The notes under the pieces: model-generated
Database searches by the model: none
What the model was told of the DNA's origin: nothing
What the model saw: the letters and a program-made list of their open reading frames with translations, nothing else
Shown: piece after piece, positions 51,601-64,000 of the stretch
Numbering within the stretch: the stretch's first letter is position 1
Layout of the letters: each line of letters opens with the position of its first letter
Translations under genes and position numbers: made by a program
DNA from: Tubiluchus corallicola
Taxonomy: Eukaryota; Animalia; Priapulida
Assembly: GCA_030141605.1 (NCBI GenBank)
Contig: JAQGDQ010000117.1
Location: 186,001 to 250,000 of the forward strand
Length of the DNA: 64,000 bases
Direction: 5' to 3'

Positions 51601-54600
51601 AATAATACTAACCTTAATATGGAAAATTTTGGAAGAAGTTCACAATTCCCGCACAATTTATACACTCTAGCCCTAATCCTAACCTCAACTTCAACTCTAA
51701 TCATAATCCCAATCTGGTTCACGAACTAATTTGTTGTGTGTGGGAAATCGTAAGCTTTAGCCAAATCTTTTATTTATTACAGCAAAAAAGGGAGGCTTTT
51801 TTCAAGCTTTAGTTGAGAATACGGAATCATATACGAATCCGGGAAGTGACAGTTTGAAGTCCTGGATTCTTACCTTGCGCAACAGTGGCAAATTGACATT
51901 CTTGCTTTCAAGTGCTTTCATCGACTATGGATCTGTGCTGTTACACAGAGTACTTGGGTATTGGCCTGTTGCACATTATATAGTCATGATGCCTTCAGCT
52001 TACATATACTTCGATTTGCAAATTGAACTTCAGGAATTTTCTGTATTATTAACATTTGTAAAGTGCACTTTTAAGAACTCACAACAGAAGTAGTTAGTGT
52101 TATTGAGCACCTATCATTGTTTCTGTTTTCGTGTTCATTTATAAGATATTCGCAGTGGTTTTAGACAGAAATTAGCAAGTATATAAATTCACTTTACAAA
52201 GTGGTTTTAACATTCCAGGTCTGTGTTTTGCAAACTTCAGATAGCAATATTAAACAGCCTAGTATTTTGTTGTATGAATAATCCTGCTATTGTATCCGTG
52301 GTTACCGCAGTTTTTACAAACATTCTACGTTCATTTCTTTCACATTTTCTGAAACCTGTATTTGTCTTTACAAATACTTGATAAAAAGCATCGTTTTCTG
52401 TATTAAGACTTGGCATCACATGCCAAGTCTTAATGACGTGCTGCATATAGACAGTGTATAAGAATCTTCGTATAGTACATACTTTATTTTTTTAAGATTT
52501 AGTCCTACAATTTTTAATTCAGGCCAGACTGGAGGAAGTATTTCGACATTTGCTTGTTTCGTGCAAGAAAGCCATTGTTTTTTACAGACTGTGATCATCC
52601 ATTTTTAACAGTAACAGGTACTACTATTATGATCAATATACTGAGTCATAGCAAATGCAATAATATATTTAAACACTCTGCAGAATTTTTTTATATAATT
52701 CTGAGACACGCATATCACAAGTAAAATTGTTACTGGCAAAAACAATTTAACACCGAATTTTCTCTTTCAACAGATAATTTCACTACTGGATTACCAGCCA
52801 AGTCTCTAAGTATCGGAGAAAGCTACTTAAATGGAAATTGGATTTTGCTTAAGTCTTTCCTTGAACAACATACGGGCAAAACAAATCCGAAGGTCTCCTT
52901 TTCTTAATTATATTTCAGTCATCTTGAAGAAGCCTTTGATCCACACTGTAAATGTAAAGTTGAATAGATTAGTTTTTAGATTCCACAAGAAGGACTAATC
53001 TATGGAGAATGTACCTTCCAAAGGTGATTAGTGTGCCAAGCCGGTTATGAAAAGCCCCATTGCAGAGTCATTTACTGCTTCAAACAATGGTTCCCCAGTG
53101 TAGAGTTTCATTTAGTGCTTCAAGTATTAGTTCCTCACTGCAGAGTTTCATTTACTGCTTCAAATATTGATCAACCATTGGACATACCAGCTATGCACTT
53201 CCCAAAGCTCATATTTAAACCTACTCAGTTATGTTAATGACAGTATACAATTTTATTTCACTGGTTTTGCTTTAAATAATTAAAGTAATGCAACGTGTGA
53301 TATATGCACTCTTTAGTTAGACTATAACTGACTGATTTAATGAAATAATGAAGGTTCTAAATTTTCCTTAAGTAAAGACTAACTTTCTGATGGTTATAAA
53401 TGTTACATCATTAATTGAACACGGTAGCTTAGCTATCGAAGTGTAATGAAATGTTTTCATAAAATTATTTTCCATTCTCAGCGATCAAAAAATAATAATT
53501 AAAACAAATTACAGCACCATAAACTATTTTCAGAACCATTTTCTGTGACATTAGATTGTCTTTAGTCTATTGTCTCCAACCTTTATGTGGGTAATGAAAT
53601 TCATATTTTAGTTTACATTTTCCAAGCCAAGTAAACTCGGTATAAACTGTATAACTGTCTCGCTGTGCTGTTAATCTGTGGTTTGGGAGAGTATAGCATG
53701 ATTTTAGGTTGTTTATATTGGGGACAGCATTCCATCCGACGTGTTACCAACTAGACAGTTTTCTGATTGGGTTCCAATTACAATAGCAGAAGAATTGGAG
53801 ACAGAGGATATTGATGTGCAAGCTGTAAGTCCTGGAATATATTTTAGTGAAAGTGATAGCTGAATAAGTCTGTTGTAGTTGTCTAGTTGATGTTATAATT
53901 TGGTCACATTATTTGAAAAGGAAGGGCTGTGCTCTGTATTGAAAGGCTTGTATTTGCTTTAAACTAGAAATTGATATAGTGTGCTGTATGGGCAAATGTA
54001 GTAGACAACAGGCAGTAGATGAATTATTTTAATTGAAATCTCATTGTTTGCAAATGTTGGAAATGTCTGGCGACATTTTCATTTTCATTTTAAAATTTTA
54101 AACAGAGAAATTTATTTTGGTTGCATATAGATGTAGTATTCAAATTGCTTAAAGTTCCTTTGATAAATTCTAAATGTGTTCGTGTGTATTTAATGTTCAA
54201 CCGTAGTACTTGTTTTTGTTGTCATTGATTGGTTGATGCATTTTCCAGAGACGTATTCACAAAGACGACAGGTTGGTTTTGTCATCGAAGAGGTGGGGTT
54301 CATTTTTTACAGACTATTGTAAAGTCTGTCATCGAGAAACAAAGACGTTTTGGCATGAAGTGCTTAAGGATAACACCCCACTCGTTATTCCGCACGTCGA
54401 CTATATAACAGGTACCGTTAAAGCAAATGATCTCTATGTACATAATAACATACATTAAAAACATAGATACATTAAAAAACGTTGCTATGCATTCTCACCA
54501 TAATTATACTATACTTCTGCTAACATTTGCTTTTCTATTTCAGAATTGCCATTTGACAAAGATTTAGAGAACTGCACATTTTATCCAAAGCCAGCATTTC

Positions 54601-54620
54601 AGGTAAACGAAAATGAGTGA
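42679..54620 (+). CDS. NT5DC1: 5'-nucleotidase domain-containing protein 1-like (HAD superfamily), 12 exons, about 432 aa
   Basis: Exons 42679-42783, 43605-43708, 46798-46869, 47503-47615, 49371-49441, 50452-50539, 51783-51957, 52523-52617, 52774-52892, 53708-53824, 54249-54411 and 54544-54620 total 1299 nt in frame. HAD motif I is GFDLDHTLCKY and motif IV is PKVVYIGDSIPSD. KGLLLD..RGNFLK, SHGT, RKPLFF, SKRWGSFF and ELP..K...FYPKP occur in the NT5DC1 order. An in-frame upstream ATG exists at 42553. AATAAA at 54769. Confidence 0.92.
42890..43480. repeat. Long imperfect inverted repeat (foldback/MITE) in NT5DC1 intron 1
   Basis: The arm at about 42948-43141 (taaagatttctcctttttgcc...aagctaatcaaattgctaagttccaacc) is the reverse complement of about 43292-43454 (ggtggaacttagcagtttggttagct...ggcaaaaaggggaaatcttta). 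Spacer is about 150 bp. Confidence 0.75.
44977..45253 (-). mobile_element. tRNA-derived SINE (central domain recalls Meta-type SINEs)
   Basis: Minus strand: A box tagcctagtggt, B box gttcgatac, then ggtcataccaaagactttaaaaatggtacc, ending in a (TTA)n tail at 44977-45000. Confidence 0.75.
46967..47258. mobile_element. Tc1/mariner-type MITE
   Basis: ta|gactcgtatctcggttt ... aaaccgagatgcgagtg|ta; TA target duplication. Confidence 0.7.
49525..49765. repeat. Degenerate (GGTT/GGCT/GGAT)n tetranucleotide repeat
   Basis: Visible 4-nt periodicity in NT5DC1 intron 5. Confidence 0.8.
53055..53171. repeat. Minisatellite of about 40 bp, three copies
   Basis: Unit ccc(c)actgcagagtttcatttactgcttcaaatattggtt starts at about 53055, 53093 and 53133. 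Confidence 0.8.
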
Positions 54621-56619
54621 AGTCACACCTGCAGAGCATTTTAGTGTAAAATCAAGTGTAATCGCTAAAACGTGTGAACCAGAAATATTCTTGTAAACAT
54701 TTTGGTGAGTCAGAATGATTCCAGATAAATCTTTTAAGCTATGTGCTGCAAACATAACTGCAGCAGTTAATAAAATATAAATTACTTTATTTTACATTAC
54801 TGTAGTCAAATAGTACGGTAGTAAAATATTACTGGTTCGGTTTACTGGTTATTTTATCGTCCCGTATTATTAATGATGATTTAACCTCATCTCCTGTTTG
54901 ATATTTTGGAAATGTTAAACAGCATTATATTTTTGAGTTGTGAAATTAACAGTTTTTGATTCAGTGAATGCCAAAGATACATGTGCCATCTCAATTTTCT
55001 TTGTAGTAGTGTTCAATCTTGAAGTATCTTCTTGGACATGCAAGTAGGTTACAGGCTTGTTAACTTATCGAACAACTTTTTGTTTTAAGCGTTCACACTG
55101 TCTAGCATTTCTTTCGTTTTATCTTTATATTTTCTTAATCTGCTGTTACTAGCAATTTTTCACTGTAAGCAGAACCATGAAATAGGTTCAAATAGATTTT
55201 AATTGTCTAAAATGTATTTGGAACTTAAATAATGATAGACATGCTCTATTTTTGTGGCCGCCTAGTCCGTGTAATTAGAGATATGCAAAGATAAAAGTGA
55301 TTTTAATGCATGTGAATATGACATCAGTCACAGCAGTTTTTCAATAATGTTTGGGACATTATTTATTCAATGACCTTGCAAAGGTCACTAATAATATCTT
55401 TTAATTGACACACTGCAGAGGTTTGGTTTTACACATTTATGGTCTGAAAGTATTTTGTAGTGTTCTAGTCTCACTAGTAAAAATGTGAAATTTTAGCATT
55501 AATTTTTGGTCAGGCGTAAATGAAGTTTTTTTTGTTGTCTTAGACTAAGCCTTCAAGAGTGTATTCAATCTGAAAGTTACGGTTAAAACTTCTGAAAAAG
55601 TGTCTGTCACAATTTTATGCCAGGTCACCTTTTTTAATAAAAAATTAAAAATTCACAAAGTTCATTGATTTTCAGTTTCTTGTGCTATTTAGTTATGTAT
55701 TTACATAGTCTTTATGTGATGCTGTAATTTGCAAGATGCATTTCAAAAGGTCATTCATTATAATGATAATTGATATGACACTGTGTATTACTCCCACTGC
55801 AGCTCTTGTGATTATAGTATTACTCCCACTGCATACAGCCGCCATGACACAAAATGCACCTGCACGTAGATATCATAAATGCTGCACTAAAATTCTGGTT
55901 TCATAGGTAAACAGAAAATTTGTTTCACCATCCTACTTCTCTTTGTACCCTATACTTGTAACTGAAATAACTTTGTGTTTTTTTGTTATTTTAATGCACA
56001 GGACACAGCATATTCAGCAAAATTGTTGAAACTGATGATTATAGTGAGACATGCTTTGTTAAAGATGTATTAATTATCCTTCATGTGAACTGTAAGGTAC
56101 TTCACATTTATAATTACCCATCAGGCGAAATAGCTCAACTATAAAATTTTTAGTGTTTTAGTAGGTGATGAATGCAAATTACACAAAGCAGCATGTTTTG
56201 TTATAGCAGGCTTAGCTGCATTTTTAAAAAATAGATTCTAAATGCAGATGGTGTACAAACAATTTGAAAAATATACTTGGCAACAGTTACTGTTGCAATA
56301 TCACTAATGCATTATTTCTTAACAATATATACTAAAAGGTAAATAGATGAATGTATATAATCATTTATTTGTAAAACTAATTCTGTGTAGAAATAATACT
56401 GATTTAAGATATAACAGCTCTAAAATTGTTTATACTCATTAAAACATCAATGACTAATACATTCCTAAAGTCCAGACTATTTTTATACATGACATTTATA
56501 CATAAATTGAGCTACTGTATTTACTTTAATAATAACAAATTCATTCTAAATTATATTTATGTACAGATTGCAACTATATGCTAAACCTTCCATTTAGTTT
56601 TGTTATTATTGTCACTGGC

Positions 56620-57680
56620 AACAAGCCTCCTGTGGTGCCGATTATGATAATGAAATTTGTTAGGAGCTCCTGGAGGTCTATGTGGCACAATGTTTGTCTG
56701 AAAGTGAATTGTTGCTATTTCAATATTTCAAAAAAAAAACATTCAGTTTCATAGTTCAAAAAAAGGAAATAACAAAAGGGCACAAAAAAGTGAGGAAGGG
56801 AGGGAAATAAAGGGAAAAAAACCAGAACACTGGTGAAACTGTAGGTCCCCTGACTCTCACCTTTGACATCTCAAGAATCGTGGCATTTAACACAAGATCA
56901 TTCTTTTTGGCCAAATTTCGTTCACAAAATTAATTTCCCAGCAGTGATATTCAAAGAAGATCGAAGAGTTATCATGTCCAAATTTCGTACAGTTGGCTAC
57001 ATACAGTACGGTATGTGGTATATTGTACATACCACATTGGCCTACTGTACTATTGGCGTACAGTAGAAAAGTGGCCAATTTTTACTTTTGTCTCAGGATC
57101 ACTGAATATCATCACACAAAACTTTTCACTCATCATCTAGCACCTACAGTCAACAGTTTGTGGGAGAAAACCTGGCTTTAGAACACTATAGTTAGAATTG
57201 TTGGAAACCTGATTCCTCACTTCCTGGGGGTCGAGGAGGGATTTTTAAAATATTTTTGTCAAAGCCGGATTGTCTATAGGTCACAGATCACTCTAATTAC
57301 TCAATTTGAGCTGAAGAATTTCTCACTGTAGCCACCATCTTGGGTTCTTCCTTCCTAGGAAAGGCCATTTTTTGTCTATAATTGGTTGTCAGTAGGTGAT
57401 AAGCCACTCTAATTCTCTCACTAATCTGACTCAGATCCTCCCACTACACCCACCATTGCTTTTGAGGTTTCTACAAGTTCCTGTTTGTATGATCACAGAA
57501 AGATCTTTGACCTTGATCATCATCTTGAACCAAAGTTACCCTATACCAAAAACTTGAAGGCTACCCCAAGTGGTTCAGGTATAACTGGCTTAAATTCAAA
57601 TTTTGAATGGACAACATGCGCTGGCATGACTGTATAAGGTATATTTACCACAGACTTGGAAATTCTGGGGATCTAAAAAA
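56620..57680. mobile_element. Probable Helentron-associated (HINE-like) non-autonomous element between the convergent genes
   Basis: Starts aacaag and ends with an imperfect hairpin (ccacagac...ttctgggg) followed by ctaaaaa. Internal ccaaatttcg motifs. Assignment rests on end structure only. Confidence 0.4.
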
Positions 57681-58276
57681 CCGGAATGAAGGCAAATCAA
57701 TTTTTGTATGCATCTAGATATAAGCAAACTCCAAGATGTGGAATATCTGCCTAATCCTCCTTAAATTTTTGAATTCCTCTTGTAACGATATTCACATTTT
57801 TTCAGTCTTTTTTACAAATGACCTGTTTGATAAATTGTATGCTTGTAAACCAAAGCCGTCCATAACTCGGCATAATTAAAGCTATTTTATGATGCTTATA
57901 TGTAGAATACACCAAAAATTGGGTCAAATGTCAATTTGTTGTTGTTCTATAAATACAACTGCCAAATTGGACATTTATATTCTAGCATCAAATCGCCAGA
58001 AAAATGTTAAAAATTAATTTATAACCCAGTACCCAGTTCTCTGGCTAGAAACAAGTACTGCAATAGTAAAACTCGGAATTTTAAGATCTTCTAGTAGTTC
58101 GTGAAAGCAGTCATTTTGCTTGTTGTTTTTTTTTCTGTCTGATCTTTTCCTGAAAGAGCCATCTACTGGATTTAAAGATAATGTCAATGCGCTGATACAG
58201 TTGCTAAGTATTTTTGTAGAAGTGCGACAAAAAACAATGACAAACTTTAACAGCGGTTTTTTCAAGATTATGTTTT

Positions 58277-61200
58277 TCAGTGTGTTCCCTGCACCTCAAC
58301 TTCAACATGGATTATCTCGGCCTAGAAATAACATAGAGCGATGAGTTTGGTATTAAAATGATCCTCATAAAATGGAGATTCAGGATATATGGGAATAACA
58401 GGATATATGGGAATAAGCTTAGTTGCCAACTTATGGACTTTTTGCTATGCAAGCACTCAAATGTTATTTCACAGATAAGAGAAAGATTTTTATAACTGCA
58501 GATTTAGACTTTGCAGAGAATACAACCTGCAAATAACTGAAATAAGTCTTAAATGCTATTAACTTACTGTTGCTAAATCTTGAGCAAACAATTTTTGCTT
58601 TTCCTCTACATCTGCAAAATTTGAAAATCTCAATGTTATTTTTTTGGAAGTGGTACTGTCACGTCACTTTAAAAGTTAAAATTAAAACTGATATGCTGTC
58701 CTTTTCTGTTGGTTCTGATATCAAAATAGTAAAAAACCGAATGAAAAACAAAGTTAAGGAAGATACTTTTAATGTTGCCTTCAAATTTACTTTAGCCTAG
58801 TTAATAAAAAGTAATTATGGTTTAGATTATGGTAATTGTTGGCCATTACAAGAAGATACCAAATTACATTCTACCTGTGTAATATCCTATCGTTAAGCAG
58901 CTACTGATACATTCTTCCCCCTCAACAGTGATTTTAAAAGTGATTAAATTATTTTTTAAATGTGACTAACCTTTCAGTCTGGTATTTAAGAAATCAATAG
59001 ATTTTAATAATTTTTTCTCTTCTTCCAACATTTGCATTTCTCTTGCTACAAGTAAATAAACAGCAAAACATGTAATAAAACTAATATACCACAGTTTACA
59101 TTACTGTCATATTAGAACATCCACAAAAATCTACAGGCATGCTCTTTAAAAACTGACAACAGCCATTTTTACAAGTTTAACCATGTTGATTCTGAAAAAG
59201 CTGAGCGCAATGCGTCAAATAAGAAAAGAAAGTGGACATATATTTTAGAGAGGACTGGGTATCAGTTTTTTGGTTAACTGAGTCTCTGTGCTCATTTTTC
59301 GAGCAGCCAGCAGATTTTTTTATTCGACATGGTCAAACTGATATGGATGTCACCCACTTTTGCAATGTCTGTTCTACTTTTCTGGAAAACTGATTAGTTT
59401 ATATATATATATATATGTTTCTTTTAACAACATTAATGATGACTTTTTCATTTTATAACGAAAATATTCAAGCCATTTAATAAGTAGTCACTTTTTAAGC
59501 AACAGACCAGGAAACTCAAGTTTACTGGGCACTGCTCCTCAGAACATGTGAACTTTTGTCTTGTGCATACCTTTCATAGATTTCTTTGTCTTTGGAAGGG
59601 CATCTGGGGTCTTCACGACATCGGTTATTTTACTTTTAAAAGACTCCATGAATCGGGTGAGGTCATCGTCAGACAGATGTGCTTCTTTAGAGAGAACTTC
59701 GGCAGCTAAGAACACAGCCATACTTTCTTTTGCTGGAAAACATAGGTGTTTCCTCTGAATTTCGGTGTCACCGAAATTACTTGAAGAACTTGTTCATAGT
59801 GAAGTAGCTGTTCACTAAACATAAAGTTTGGGCACACACTATGTTATTTATCCTTCTATTCAGTGGACATTATACTTTAATGCAGTGGTATAAACTTTAG
59901 ACAATAGAAGTCAGTTTGATTTTTGAAAGCATTTGGTGCATTCTGGCAAGATTTATGCAAAAGTCTTAGCAAAACTTTTGTCATCATGCTGCTAGAAAAC
60001 ATAAAAAACTAAATAATTACTTAAAAAATCCTTTTACATTTGAAACTTACTTTCATTGGCCTCAACTCGTTTTCCACGATGAACACTGGCTGGTAGACCA
60101 GCGTGATCAGTCTGACAAGGTGTTTCCCTAAAATGAAATGCCATGGCAAATTTGACATTTTTCAACCACTAAAAGTAATATAGTCATGGACAACACAAAG
60201 GCACAAACTGCAACAGTGAATAGGCACTGCCAATCTTTTTTGGCAGTTTCTGTTAACAGCGCTCCTTAACTAACAACTAATTGTTGCCACAGTAACATAT
60301 TGTTAACATTGCCACGATGAGTCAGATAGGATGTTAACAATGATGTGGCCTTGGTGAATATCTCTATAGAATGAAATTGATTTAAAAGAAAGCTTAGAAC
60401 TTAAGTAAACCAAACTTTCCCATTTTGTTCACACTTGAAGAATGGCAAACCTTCATTTTAATAGAATTATAAATTAATTCCCACATTGACAACAATCGTC
60501 AAATATGCATATTTCAAATTCCTAGTATATATTAGAAAGAAGTTCTCACATTAAACATATTTACCTTGAGCTACTCTTAACTTGATATCCTTTATCTGGC
60601 ATTTTTGACTCTCTGTCAGTCTGACATTGCTGATTCATTTTCAGTCTGGTTGATGTGTCGTGTCTTGAACCAGCAGTAGGCTCTGAAGACATCATGTCTG
60701 AGGTTATTGGTTCCCTGGAGAGTAGGTTTGTGCCGTGCAAAATAGAAACCACTTCATCTCTAACATTAAAGCTACCATGATATTTTCTGCTGAGACATGC
60801 ATTTACAGTAGCACATACTAAATCTATTTCTTCATTGGTAAGAGTCCTGTTCAGGTGATTAGGTGTCTTGAAATCTGTGCTATCAATGTGTTCTGTATTG
60901 TTGTGGTGCAGACTATCTGATATGCCACTGTTTTCTGAGCACTGACCAGGTATAAGAAACCCATTATCAATCTCAATTTGTGGTTTATCTGAATTATTGT
61001 TGCACTTAGTCCTGCCTTTGTTTGCAAATAACTTTTTACCATTATTGACAACCTTCTTGGATCCAAGATGTAAAGTATCATTTGATTGCAATGGTGCCAG
61101 TTCACCAGTTTCTTTTTGCTCATTTGATTTTTTTGACCAGCTATCCTTAACAACGTCAATACTGTTCCTATGATGTTTGATTCCTTTCATGGTGTCTCGC

Positions 61201-64000
61201 TGTTCACTGGAGGAACCAAGGCCATGCTCATCTGATTTGTTATTAGAAGAGCGATTTTTAGCACTTTTTAGCCGGTTATGTGACGAACTAGCCAATTGCT
61301 TGGACAGACAGTTTGCTTCAAGCTCTTTCTCAGATTTTTCAGTAGGCCAAAGATCAGTTGATCGTTTGCGAAAATCTCCATGGTAATGACTACTATGGTC
61401 CCTAGCCTCCCAAGGATGAACAGCTAGCATTTTAGTGCCATCATTCACACTTTTTGTCAAAGAATCTGAACCATCACTTAAAATGTCCCCATAATGGCGG
61501 ATTCTGTAAAGCAAACTTTGCCTAGGAGTACTCGTTGCAAACTTACTCTCGTCAAAACTGATGATAGATGAACTAGCAGAAGATGCAGTTAATTGATTTG
61601 CACCTTTCTGCTGCTTGCCACTATTATCTTCCAAGGAACTCTGTTGTAGAAATTGTTCGTTGTAATTCTGGGGATTTTCACTACCTTGTTGGCCAATATA
61701 ACTTCTTCGGTATCTTGGTGACATCTTCACATGGGAACAATTAAAATAAATAGCTTTTTCACGAGGGATGAATCGCCGGTGTCTAACATCGGTCTTCCTC
61801 TTATTTGTTGTTTTAATGATTGGGAAGCAATGGGCAGCCTCAATTGAGTTTTCCAACATTTTTGTTTCATTTTTATGTTTCACTGCAATTTGGCGTACTT
61901 GGTTATCGGCATTTCTTGGTGCATCACCATCGCCTTCTCTCATTGCATCTGGATGTTGTAATTCATCTATCTTTTCCAAACTGTCCACACTATTTTGGCT
62001 GCTGTTCAACTGATCACCCTTGGAGTTGTGTGTATCTGAGCTGAGCACACATTCTTTACAATGAATTGACCAAGTTTTCCCATATTTACACTGTTTGCTA
62101 TGATAAAAGTGTTCTGTTTGTGTTTGTCCTGAATTCCGGCGAGGAGAACAGCTTCTACTTCTTCGAACTAATACTTTTACATCTGTGAAATTATTTTTCT
62201 TGTTTACCTCTGGTGCCTTTCTTTTGTCATTAAAGTCGACATTTTTTGTCTGATAACCAGAAGAGCCTTTGCTAACATTTTCAGAAATAATGTTAGCATC
62301 ACTACTATCACGCTGAGTATTTGTATTTAAAATCTGATGTGAAGAAGACATTGCATTGTCGTTTTTCTGAATATTGTCTCTCTCGGCATATAATTTGGTA
62401 GCAGAACCAATATGATAAGTTGCAAAAGATTCTGCACTAGAACAAATAGCATCGCAAGATAATTTCGTGTCATCTATATGCTTTTCTTTTGCTGCGCCCT
62501 CTGTTAATGAATCTACACTCACATGTTTATTTGTATTGTGATGTCCATCTTGTGTTCTAATAGATTTGGTGTGGTCTACAATGTTGAAACTGGGTTTTCC
62601 ACTTTTATCAGTTTTGTCAACAGAACTTTTAATTATATCTGGTGATCGAGGCAGATTCCTGTATAAACGTTCAAATATATTAGGTGGCAGTTCACGCCCA
62701 GGTAATAGCCTTAAAGGTGCTGAATGTGTTTTTTTACCACTTGGTTCCTGCAACCAAATTTCCATAGCTTTTACAGGAGCTTTTGAGTACGATGTTACCT
62801 CTGCTATAGGAAATGTTACTCCCTCAGCGGTGGAAATGTTTTTCATATCTGCCACTGAAGCCTTCTTTCTTAGCGTATTTTCCTTTAATTCATTTTTAGA
62901 AAGCATTAAATCATTGTCTGTGTGCTTTCCTATTCGCATCACTTTCCTATGAGGTGATCTACCTCTTACTTTACTTACCGGTCCAACAGCTTTGTTCTTA
63001 TTTGCAGCTAAACCATTAATCAAATCCTCAGGATTGTCTTTCAGCTGTTTCTGCACTGTATGAGGAACACTGTGTTGTGGTTTACCACGGGTGTCATTGC
63101 AAGTCTGTTTTGGTGTAATCAGTAATTGTTTAGATTGATGACCATCTCCTTCAATTGATTGAAAGTTTCCCATTAAATCAGCACCTTCCATACATTTACT
63201 TCCCTTTACTCGTTCACATGAAGCTGATCTTTGCTTATGCTCTATAACAGTTTTGGACTGGAAACTGCAAGTAGCCTCATTATTATATGGAGATGACAAT
63301 AAATGATCTGTATCACTTAGAGGGTTTTCGTTACATTTCATTGTAGATTTACTAACTTCTGATCTCGGAAGAACAAGTGAAACGATATCCTGTTTTCTTG
63401 TAATAGTTTTTTCTTTACCATGCTCGTTCTTTTTACTCACTTCTTTTATAAGTTTTCCATCTTGATTTACCATGCTGTATGCTTGGGTCTTTGATTCCGA
63501 ATCCTTTTTCGGGTTGGTATGCATGACATCAATTTTTCCATTAAAATTAGCATTTTCAATTTGCCCTTTATTTTTAACAGGTTTACCTAAAACCTCTGCT
63601 TGTGATGGTGCGGTACCTTTGCGTTCTACCTCAGAATCCGTCTTATCATGTTTTAAATTTTTGGCAATTTTTTCATTGTATGAATGACGCCTAGGTAAGA
63701 CTGCTCTTTTATGCCCTTTCTCCATACTCTGTGTGGCACTTCCAAGTGTAGGTAATTTATTTCTCCTTTTAGCAAAATCTTTATAACTATGTTCATTTTT
63801 TAATATTCCTTTAATGGAGCTTTCTCCTATCTTCTTTACTTTGCCAGTTTTCATGCTACAGGTACTTGTTCCATGCAGTCTGTCACTAAGAGAAACATCG
63901 TTAGGTGTTGACTCACCGTGTTCACTATTTGTTGCTCCGCCTTTAGAGTGACTCAAAGTTGACACAACTGATTCTGCAATGTGTGTGATTCCTTCATGTT
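58277..64000 (-). CDS. CEP126: 3' part of a large centrosomal CEP126 (KIAA1377)-like protein; 5' end lies outside the window
   Basis: A giant exon runs from beyond 64000 (frame open to the window edge) to 60565, then exons 60127-60051, 59732-59571, 59045-58971 and tentatively 58611-58568 and 58321-58277, with matching phases. The protein is mostly low-complexity S/K/N-rich, with short blocks recalled from CEP126 homologues: KGILKNEHSY, RTLTNEEIDLVCATVNACL, ESMAVFLAAEVL...SDDDL and EEEKKLLKSIDFLNTRL (compare FL.AENL...EDEIL and EEQKILESL..LNERL). The gene is well supported; the name is from memory. Confidence 0.7.

Noticed and set aside
53055-53171. Regularly spaced repeats of about 40 bp as a CRISPR-like array
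   Set aside because: Units are contiguous with no unique spacers, the locus is a eukaryotic intron, and there are no cas genes.
42784-54543. Nested antisense collagen gene, as with COL10A1 inside vertebrate NT5DC1
   Set aside because: No Gly-X-Y or C1q-like ORF is visible in any intron.
58381-58418. Short direct duplications (also at about 22365/22403 and 55785/55817)
   Set aside because: Two-copy duplications of 15-19 bp consistent with slippage; no further structure.
59170-59381. Extra CEP126 exon after the minus-strand acceptor at 59382
   Set aside because: It stops after two codons in the required phase; exon 59045-58971 fits both phase and motif.
60851-63687. Short ORFs overlapping the giant exon on either strand
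   Set aside because: They are shadow ORFs of the real minus-strand coding frame.

Overview
AT-rich, intron-containing animal (probably invertebrate) genomic DNA; the species cannot be assigned from the sequence. I rebuilt five spliced protein-coding genes by hand from GT-AG sites and codon phase. Four are on the + strand: a complexin-like gene ending in a polybasic + CAAX tail (4273-12565), an hnRNP D/A-B/squid-like two-RRM gene (15315-24569, with a 3'UTR intron), a neugrin-like gene (27471-40628) and an NT5DC1-like HAD nucleotidase (42679-54620). The fifth is the 3' part of a convergent CEP126/KIAA1377-like gene on the - strand (58277 to beyond 64000). Introns and spacers contain decayed LINEs, several non-autonomous DNA transposons with readable TIRs/TSDs, a non-autonomous Helitron with canonical ends, a tRNA-derived SINE and microsatellites. 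Most short ORFs in the supplied track are noise. I found no CRISPR array, rRNA or true tRNA, and no clearly new multi-gene system. The best leads are a candidate splicing/NMD autoregulatory cassette in the hnRNP gene and the K-Ras4B-like membrane anchor on the complexin. All family assignments come from recalled motifs, not database searches.
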